NCBI GenBank assembly: GCA_010093705.1
Contig: MU006097.1
Coordinates: forward strand, 1 to 64,000
DNA from: Patellaria atrata CBS 101060
Taxonomy: Eukaryota
Length of the DNA: 64,000 nt
Direction of reading: 5' to 3'
Numbering within the stretch: position 1 is the first letter of the stretch; every line of letters begins with the position of its first letter. The notes under the pieces are model-generated. The model ran no database searches. It was not told the origin of the DNA and was given only the letters and a program-made list of their open reading frames with translations. Below are positions 25,577 to 35,789 of this stretch, one piece after another. A program made the translations under genes and the position numbers.

Positions 25577-27140
25577 GATAGTAGGTTCGAAAGGGCCCCT
25601 GGGTTGATTTGCTGGAGATCTTTGAAGATGTCCAATTGCAATTTAGGATAGGAGAGGAGAAGGGCGTAAGATGATGGAGTCGATGCGTAAAGGTCTAGCA
25701 GATTTGTAGTTTTATGGAGGTGCTGAGTCAAACTATACAGAAGTACTTTCCAGTATTAGCCACTATAGCTCAAGGAAGAATCATCAAGCAGAAAATATTT
25801 TAGATGGTACTGGTGGGAGTGAAGAGGGAAGCAGTTTGTTGTAATTTCTCTCGACCGGAGGTGCGCGGGAAAGAAGGAAGCATCCGGCTCACGAAGAGAT
25901 TCTCTTAAAGGTTGAAGCGCGTACTGGGACAATTTTGCTTTTTGAATTGCATGTAAGATAGGAGGAAATAGGTTTACTTACAAGCGACAGGTATTGCACA
26001 CAACGTCTGAGCCCTTAAAAGAGCGAGGAAGAGCTGTTGTAGCACAAAAATCTCCAACGGCCGCGAGGAGCAAAGGAGAGAAATGGAGCTCTGGCGATGC
26101 TGGGCGAGACTGCAAGGTACCCACGTCCGAGGCCCAAGCCCCCCCGCAGACCCCCTTATTAAGATTTCCACGCGACGGCTTCCCGACAAATGTCCGGTTT
26201 CCAAAAGCTACGGCCTTCGATCAAGAGTCCGATATTGCGAAAAGAAAAGGAAATAGAAGTATAAGGAACGATTGAGGTGAAAGGAAATAAGGACTTGAAG
26301 ATGGTACGGATCAGATATCTCTTAAAATTGAGTTGAAATTAAATTTCGAAGATCAAAGGTCAGCCAGTAAGAAAGCAGAGAAAGGGAAAAGCTAAATACA
26401 AGAATGATACAGGGATAGGTAAGCATGTGGTAAGCCCAACGGTTATAACGAGATACCCGACCCGACGGCGTTAGGTTACGAGTACTGAACTGTATTATAC
26501 GACAAGGTTGGATATCTTGCAATTGGTTCTGTCTACTGATGTACAGTACAGCACTCTCAATTATAGTCGTTTAGATTTATCCTTCTGTGAGATCCTCATT
26601 CTCGATCGGATACAATTGAGTGAATATACAGTACTATACTCTATGGGAGTAATACTACAGGTAATAAATCCGTTTGCAGATCTTAGGCATGAGTCGAGGC
26701 AACCCCTTTTCATAGGCTAGACCGCTCTGTGACTCCAAGCAAATGGGCAAGAAATGCAAGTTGTCACCTTATTCACCCACATCAAGACCCTTCGTTCAGA
26801 GATACAAGCATGAATCGTAACCGGTATATATGGTTTGATTCAACCGAGCAGATTGCACTTTTACTAAGCTCGACTCTTGACCCTGATTCCAGCTGCCATG
26901 CAAGAATGGGAGCAATGACGAGCCGTCGTAAGCTTTCAATACCACCTTAACCAACTCTCAGGGTGATAAGAATCAATTTACTATCCTACATGCTTTTGAG
27001 AAATGTACCTACATACGCTGCGATTGAGGAAGCCAGCGGAAATGGGTGGCAAGATCATCAAAGTGAGAGATGCCCAGATGCGTTTGGACGTCGTACCTTT
27101 TGATCTTACCTTTCCATCCCAATCAACGGCCATGTGCTTT

Positions 27141-27179
27141 GCAGGTAAGTATTTCCCGGTACAACCTATACTCACCCAC
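27141..27179 (-). promoter_or_regulatory. Hairpin pairing a 5' splice-site-like motif with an exact U1 snRNA 5'-end sequence, downstream of the U1-70K stop
   Basis: The minus strand reads GUGGGUGAGUAU-N15-AUACUUACCUGC, which gives 12 contiguous pairs including 3 G-U. Confidence 0.45.
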
Positions 27180-27600
27180 CAGAAAACAAAACATAATGAA
27201 AAGATTAAAGAAGACCTGGGGGAGCAGCAGCTTGGCTAGTAAAACATGAGAAAAACCAATTCCAATCCCACTTCTTCCGCTTACCCGTGTTTGTCGTGTC
27301 GGGCAAATTACTTGTTGTGTGTGCGAAAGAGTTGACGGGGCGGTCGTTCGAAGCGGTATCGGTAGTATCGGCGACGTATCTGGAAACTGAGAGAGTTTGC
27401 GCATGCTTACCCTTGCAATGATAGTTGCGAAAGTAGCTTGGGTGAGAAAAGACCAGCTAAAGCCGTCCAAAAATTGTCTGCCTTACCCTTGGTGTGAAAG
27501 GGGTGAAGTGTGAAAAGTGTGAATGCGAAAATCGAGTATACCAGGGACACAATGGACATGCTATAGTCCAGTAAAAGAGCTGGAACTTGCAACAGCGAGT

Positions 27601-28908
27601 CTAGTACCTTCTCTTGCTTCTGGGGTCGTCGTATCCATCACCGCCGTAGTTGCGTTTCTTGGAACCATCGTCTCGTCCGTAGGGGCCGTCATGTTCGCGA
27701 TCTCTAAACCCAGATCCTGGTTCGCCTCTCTTACCCACAGGTTCACGGTTGCTTCCACTTCCGCGATCGCCCCCCCTGTATCCTCTATCTTCGTAGGGTC
27801 GACCACCACCATTAGGACCATCCATGGGACCGGAATTACCGTAACGGCCGCCACCTCCATACCCACCACCAAAGCCGCCTCCTCTACCACCACGAGGTCC
27901 GGAGGGTGCTCCTTCGGGAGGCGCTCCATTACCTTGGAACCCGATACCGCCTCTACCTCCACTATACCCACCTCTAAAACCACCTCTATCTCCGCCAAAG
28001 CCTCCTCTGAAGCCGCCGCCGCCGCCTCGACCACGGAAGCCTCCACCACTAAATCCACCTCGGAACCCACCAGGACCAGCCGGAGGACCAAACCCTCCTG
28101 AGCCTGATGGTCTTGCTGGAAGCGCCTTAGTATATCCACGTCCGCCTAGACCGCCTCCAAAGCGTCGAGGTCGCCATCCAGAAACGGTCCTGCCACGCTC
28201 GACGTCAACAAGTACTCGTCGGTCTTTGATACGGATACCATCGGTTTCTTTGTAAGCGGCTATAGAAAAGAAAGCAGAGCTCTCGTGTTAGTCTTGATCA
28301 CACAGATTTACCTGATAGGGGAGGATTGGAGTTGGGGAATTGGGATGAGTGCTGCAGTACCCTTCATGTCCTTCTCACGCTCATATACAATGAAAGCATA
28401 GCCTTTCGTTTTCTTCTTCGCTAATTTCTCTGGACTTGCGTGAGTATCGGCAACAATACGTATCTATGTGCTTGTCAGCGATGAACTGGTGATACGATGA
28501 TAAAAATGATAGATAAAAACATACCCTTTCAATAGGGCCGAAACGCCCGAACTCTCTCTCGAGATCTTTAACTTCTGTATCATAGCTCAACCTAGCTACG
28601 AACAGTGTCTTGAAAGCATCTCCTCTCACTTGCGGATCCTCGTCTGGTTTGTATTCCTTGACGCCCTCCGTCAAAAGATTCGTAATCTTCTCCTTCTTCT
28701 CCTGTTTGATCCTATCTCTGCGCTGCTGCCAGCTCTCGGTTGGGACATAATGATCATCGTACTCCTTCAGAGCTTGAAGATAATCGCCAACACCGGTAAT
28801 CTTCGCGGTCCGGCGATTTTCGGGCGCATGGTCGGCGTGAACTAGGTATCGCAATGCTGGTCGCGGTGCGAAGAGCGCAAGAAGATTTGGTGGGAGTTTA
28901 TCTGTCAT
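27601..28908 (-). CDS. SNP1: U1 snRNP 70 kDa protein (U1-70K), 3 exons
   Basis: [31 protein letters not shown]...[23 protein letters not shown]...[22 protein letters not shown], and an RGG-rich tail. Introns at about 28524-28464 and 28360-28260. Confidence 0.96.
28281..28306 (-). promoter_or_regulatory. Candidate U1 stem-loop-I mimic hairpin overlapping the branch point of U1-70K intron 2
   Basis: The sense RNA reads UCU-GUGU-[GAUCAAGACUA]-ACAC-(G)-AGA. The loop resembles the U1-70K-binding loop GAUCACGAAG. The branch sequence GACUAAC spans the loop/stem junction. Confidence 0.55.
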
Positions 28909-29435
28909 AATGGCATTTGTCAAAATGAAGCGCCGATAAATCAAGATGACAGGCACGTAGGACCCGATCCAGATATGTTCTGGGGATGAAAACAATAAAA
29001 GGAATGAGTTGAAGTGGAAGGTTGGGGTTACAAGGATCGCGTCCAAGGCTTAGTAACTCTAGTCGTGGGACTGCAAACCGCCCAAAATCAATGGGACCAT
29101 CAGACTCTCCCTATACTGAGAGGAAATTAACACCAGAAAGACAATAGTTATAGGACCGTGAAGAAGTCAGAATATTTTCCCTGATACATAGAATATACTG
29201 GTCTCTTCAGATTTTCAAATTTGCTCGAATTTTATACCGTAATCCCTTATTGAAGAAGGTGACTTTCTGTTAGTCCCACGATTAGTTACCAAGCCTTGGT
29301 CCCTTTCTCTCAGTGCCAAGAAAAACCCTTTTCCAAATAAGGCCCGTGCACCATCTTCGGCTTCAAACAGTTCAACTTTCTAGCGATGGAATAATGATAT
29401 ATCGTTATCATACTTCCTCCACAAGTGTCATCAAT

Positions 29436-29960
29436 ATGCCTCTTGCAGCATTAAGGTCTGTCGCCAAAGGCCAGGTATTTGCATTCCTCTAAAATCCGTT
29501 CACTCTCCAACCAGACTAATACTTGAATCCGTAGAATGGCGTCGGCGCATTCGTGCTCCAATGCAAACGCCTCGATTTTCATTACTGCGACTGGGCGGGC
29601 AGTTCGAAGGGCATGAAGTATGGCTGTCAAACAGGATTTCTCTTCATCTACTAATTCCCCTTTAGCTCCTTTCTTAAGCACACCCTTCCGAGCTTTGCGA
29701 AAAAGCACCCTCAAATCGAAATCCGCGTATCCCCACGACCGAGTAAGCATCCCGTCATCAAAGCATCCTATATAAATGGGCGTGAGAAGGCCATTTGTGT
29801 ACGAAATATGGAGAAAGAAGAGATTCTTCAAAAAGCTGAGCTATTACGAGATGCCAGTGGAGAAAAATTGAAACGGACGCTCAATAAACCGGTGAAGAGT
29901 TTAAACGAAAGCATAAGAGGTGTTTGGAGTCCGTTCCATGGAGCTCGATATCAAATATAA
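29436..29960 (+). CDS. MRPL51: Mitochondrial large ribosomal subunit protein mL43, 3 exons
   Basis: Exons read MPLAALRSVAKGQ / NGVGAFVLQCKRLDFHYCDWAGSSKGM / ...HPVIKASYINGREKAICVRN...SIRGVWSPFHG. Confidence 0.93.
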
Positions 29961-30183
29961 TGGGCAATGGAATTTCAAGATTATATACCATAGCATTATC
30001 ATGGCGTTTGGACAACGGTTTCAGTATATCGACCCTGTAACAATATCTCTTGCACAAAGATCGAGCCCCAGAGGATGTTCAGAGGGGTTGCATATGTTCA
30101 GGTATCGCAATTTATGTATACCTTCTACATGTTGAATCTCCCGTTTTCCAGCCCTGTACCATTCCCCACGTCTCATTACCTGC

Positions 30184-31399
<1,216 letters not shown>

Positions 31400-32991
31400 G
31401 ATGGCTGATGGTTTTTGTAAGTATAATCCTAAAGTTTCTCAATATGTTCGAAGGTTTTGTCGTAAGATTGAAGAGTTTTTCTGTGCCTTAAGAATGTTTG
31501 CTTCTTTCTAGAGACGGCGGGGGGATGGTTGAGATGGTGGGGTTCGTCTGAGCTCACTCACAAAAGCCCTGAGCAACGTCAGTCGCGGGGGGCCGATCGG
31601 AGAATCATAAGGTACAACACTTTATTCTTAGAATGAGGAGGCTCTCAATAATAGAGGAAGCCGAGGACGACAGGAAAACGATATGGAATCCCAGGACCTT
31701 AGCATTCCATTTCTACGGTGGTATGGAAGTCTCAATTCAACTCAACATCTAGAAGGTAGTTTCTATTCGTACCCTTAACCTTATCACTACATGGCCAGCT
31801 GCTTGCAAAAAGATGTCTTCCCACTTATTTTGAACAGCTTTGTCAAATTCCATGGACGCGAGACTTAGAGATGAGAGGCCTGCGTATAGCAGTCGTACAA
31901 CTGGAACTGTACGAACGAAAACCCTTCATACGCTCCTGTCTTTCCTGCGCAGTACAAATTGTATTATCAGAGACAGTTAGAAGACATAACATATAGTAGG
32001 CCAGCAATGTATGAGTCTGTAATCAGTTCCTATGTTTTTGTTAAGTAAAGAGCAAGGCAAGACTATATGACGTTTTCGATATATCCACTCGAACGTTGTA
32101 GAACTATGCATGTTGCACACATAACGGGAAATTATCATCTTTGCTCTATCATGGAGATCTGAGTACTATATGTCTGCGTGAGTCCCTAGAGTTGAGCTAC
32201 TAGAGGAAGGGAGTACCACGGATAAACACCACCTACTCTCGATTATTACCAATTCCTCAACTTCCAAACTCCCCCAACGCCTCATTTCCATACTCAGATT
32301 TCGCATCCTTCCCCAGCACAACTTTCTCCTACTCACACTAAGATCTATCTCTCTCGATTCGATACAACCACAACCTTCAAGCTTAGCGGACTTTAACGAG
32401 CCAGACCGCCCCCGACTACCCTCAGGAATTGATACTCGAAGCAAATCACCTGCATACTTTCGGTAACCTTAACGATACCCACCGAGCCATATTCTCAGAA
32501 GACGAGTGGTCTCTGGTAAGAGCAGTCGTTGAGCTCTACCCAAAACCACCGCTATCAAGCATTAGAAGCACTCGCGTGACACGACCAGCGAATTGGGGAC
32601 TCCCAGAGTCTTGATTTGAACGCGGTATGCATAATTGCGTACTATCAATACCTATCTTCGCCCAAATTCCATACCGGCTGTACGAATAGGACAGAGTTCT
32701 TCTCGACTATAAGCGTACAGTACGAGAAACGAATGCTCGACATAAGGGAACAGATCAAGCAAATAATACCGTGCTCACTCGCGATGGTACTCGCCATCAC
32801 TTGATCACGATCGAGCGCATCTTATGCTTTCTCTAAATTGTTTGGCCCAGGCTCCGCCAACGAAGGAGGAAAGGAAGTAGTGCTATCCGGAACCCCACAC
32901 ATTTCCGCCAAGCTCTCTGCAGTTGCCGGAGTTACTGTAGTTTTACGGAGTACTGGTAGTTCTAATGATTCGGAGCAACCCAGAACTACTC

Positions 32992-33024
32992 CCTCCGCAT
33001 GAACCTCCGCATGAACCTCCGCAT
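32992..33024. repeat. 12-bp tandem repeat CCTCCGCATGAA (about 2.7 copies)
   Basis: Directly visible in intergenic sequence. Confidence 0.85.
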
Positions 33025-33258
33025 AACGAATTCCGCAAACTGACCGACTGGATCCCACCTAAACCTATAACTCCCCAATATAGCAAAAATTAAATCAAGT
33101 CAAGTCATGAACGGCACAACTATAGAGACCACTTACTCGCACCAGCCATACATATGGCCCTCATCGTCCTCACCTCAACCAACCCTCCTATGTCCTAACA
33201 AAACACGTCCACTCCCCTCGGGCTCTCTCCACCCAATCCTCCCCATAGAACCCCAGCA

Positions 33259-33943
33259 ATGGCTCCAATAGTCGTAATCGGCCACCTCATCACCTCCACC
33301 CCCTCCGCCCGCCGCACCCTCATCACCGAGCTCGCGAAAATATCATTCTACTCCCTCGCCTCGGAGCCAGACGTGGTCAAATACGCCATCACCGTCCCGC
33401 GGGATCCAGCAGACGAGACATCGATCTACGTCGTTGAACAGTACGCCCTACCTTATACCCCCCTGTCCCCTCCCCTCCCCATTCCCCCCTCTACCCTGAT
33501 ACACGAGAAACGAGAAACGAGCAACAGACACCAAAGTTGACATCACCAGATACCGCACCCAAGCCGCGCTAACCACGCACATGTCCTCCCCGGCCGTCTC
33601 ATCCATCCTCTCCTTCTTCGCCGCCAACCCCTCCCTCCTCGCTGGCCCGGGAAAAGTCTACACCATGGACCACCAGTCCGGGTACACATCCCCTTCCGCA
33701 GCGCGCGCGAGCGACGCGGTCATCGCATTCGGCCCTGCTGGCAATGCGGAGTGTGTCGAGGGCGTGTTGGGGCAGCATGGGGTGCTGGGGTATCAGGTGT
33801 TGAGGGACCGGGAGGGCGGGGTGGAGAGGTGTCTTGGGATCTTTGAGGGGGAGGGGGGTGCGAGGGTTGTGGGGGAGGGGAAGGTGCTTTTGAAGGTAGA
33901 GGCGGGGTTTCTTTATCGGGGGAGCTTGAGGGCTGTGCTTTAG
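33259..33943 (+). CDS. Dimeric alpha-beta barrel (ABM-like) protein, 2 exons
   Basis: EPDVVKY...SIYVVEQ/YRTQAALTTHM fits the ABM 'E-x-Y...A...H' pattern. Intron at 33441-33549. Confidence 0.7.
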
Positions 33944-34242
33944 GGGATGGGTAGAGAAACTGGTGAAGGGGAGTTTGTATATATCTTTTCTTTGGAATCG
34001 GAAGGGGGCGTTTTTTATCTGATTTGTTTGATGTGATGGTATTTTCGTATCTCTGTTCTATCAGCGCGACTTCTACGCTTCGTTACGCTATGAGTACATC
34101 CCGTGTGCTCGTCTCCATGACGAGTTAGGATGGAAATGTAAGATTGTGCTCCCTCTCCCGTCGATAATACTTACTGCTTACTTATCCCGCGATCAGGACC
34201 GAAACTGAAGATCGCATATTTCTCCACAAGGGCATCTCCACC

Positions 34243-35367
34243 TCACTCCGAATTCCCAGGCCTCCAACTCCTCCCTTGCGCCCCAGAGCCCCTATCACCG
34301 CGCTTGTCGGCACCCGCGCCAAACCTCGCAGAACCCCACTCTCTAACCCCATCATCCTCCGCACTCCCACCACTTCTTTGCCTAACACCACGATCCCTCT
34401 CCCTATATCCCTTCCCAGGTACAATTTTCAACTCACCATTCTCCCTCTTCGCCCCCTCGTCCTCTTCAAACCGCACCACAGCCCACTCGTACCCCAAGCT
34501 CTCGTTCCACAAGACCGGGTTGCGCTTCTTGCCCTGCCACTTCTGCTCTAGCATGTCGATCAAGCGCTGCGAGTGTGGAGCGAGACGCTCGAGATCCTTG
34601 ATCTTGAACCAGCCGACGAAGCTGTAGCGGTTGTCTGTCATCCTGGCTTTTTGCTCGAAGACTGCGATACCGGTTGGTAAAGGGGCTGATGGAATGGATG
34701 GATTTGGGTTGAGCGGTTCTTTGGGCGCCTTCTCGGAGATGGGGGAGTCCTTGATGGATTCCCCTGGATTAAGAGACGGGTTGGTGTTCTCAATGTGGGA
34801 AAAGTGTGAGTCCTTTTGCTCAACCGATGACTTAATTGATGGCTCAACTGACGTCTCAGCTGCTGGATAGTGTTTCTCTTCTCTGGATTCAAGGTTGAGG
34901 AAAGATATGCCGACTTCTGCAGATTCAACGGCACCATTGCTGGATGAAGTTGCAGCTGTATTGTCTGGAGTGGAAACTGCCCCTTTCGAAGCCTCCGCCA
35001 GATTGGGATCATCTGGTAGGAGTTCGAGATGAGACTTGACAAAGATTATCCTGTCGTTATCCCAACGTGGATGCGCTTCTGGGAACAAGAGGACATAATC
35101 TAGCTTGTCTGGGCTTTTGGCAGAGTTGTTCAATGTCGCCCTTTGATAGAAGGACATGGCTGGAGTGTGGTTCTCATCGTTCCCGTCCAAGGGCCAGAAG
35201 TGTTCATGGATGTCGTCATAATGAATTCGATTCTCGCGATTAGATTCCCTTTGCGTTTGGGAGGAGAGAGATTCTAGGGTTCTTGGAATGGTTGGAGTAG
35301 ATGCGCTATTAGTAGAACTGTTTCCTATACCTTGATTGCGTAGCGCAGGTGGAATATAGCGCAACAT
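34243..35367 (-). CDS. Hypothetical fungal protein
   Basis: A ~375-aa ORF with globular-looking blocks (YVLLFPEAHPRW...IFVKSHLELL; FVGWFKI...LIDMLEQKW...WAVVRF) separated by a disordered linker. Confidence 0.75.
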   Translation of the reverse strand: MLRYIPPALRNQGIGNSSTNSASTPTIPRTLESLSSQTQRESNRENRIHYDDIHEHFWPLDGNDENHTPAMSFYQRATLNNSAKSPDKLDYVLLFPEAHPRWDNDRIIFVKSHLELLPDDPNLAEASKGAVSTPDNTAATSSSNGAVESAEVGISFLNLESREEKHYPAAETSVEPSIKSSVEQKDSHFSHIENTNPSLNPGESIKDSPISEKAPKEPLNPNPSIPSAPLPTGIAVFEQKARMTDNRYSFVGWFKIKDLERLAPHSQRLIDMLEQKWQGKKRNPVLWNESLGYEWAVVRFEEDEGAKRENGELKIVPGKGYRERDRGVRQRSGGSAEDDGVREWGSARFGAGADKRGDRGSGAQGRSWRPGNSE

Positions 35368-35789
35368 ATTATGTTGGATCAATGGAAGCGAAATAAAATA
35401 AAGAACAGGAGAACTGATCGATTATTATAACGCAAGGATGTTGTTTTTGAGAAATGTAGAAGTTTGTTTGTTTTGTTAGACGTGTAGAGGTTGGTAAGGT
35501 AAACGTGCGTGGATGAGCAGCTTCTCAGGTTTGAGCTTGCCTTCCTTCCCGACCAATCCAATGACACTCACGTGATTGGAAGGTTCAATACCGTACTGAG
35601 TTGAACGAGTACCTTATGAATACCGTCGTTTTGTTGAAGTGACGTTCTCCTGAGCTGATTTGGTACATTTATGCTCTACATAGCCCGAGAGTCTTCTATC
35701 ACTTAATATAATCCGTCATTGCCGTAATAATAAATCGCAGAGTACTGACCGCATATCCTAATCGCTACTTCATCTACTGACCTAGGCGC

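Noticed and set aside
26852..26859. U1A-binding motif ATTGCACT
   Set aside because: It is on the plus strand, antisense to U1-70K, and a 7-8-mer match is expected by chance in 64 kb.
26980..27152. A true U1 snRNA gene starting at ATACTTACCTG (27152, minus)
   Set aside because: The downstream sequence has no stem-closed SL1 loop, no AUUGCAC loop II and no clear Sm site on that strand. Only the 11-nt 5' end matches.
27523..28139. 192-aa ORFs overlapping the U1-70K RGG tail on both strands
   Set aside because: They are by-products of Gly-rich GGN repeats that lack stops in the shifted frames.
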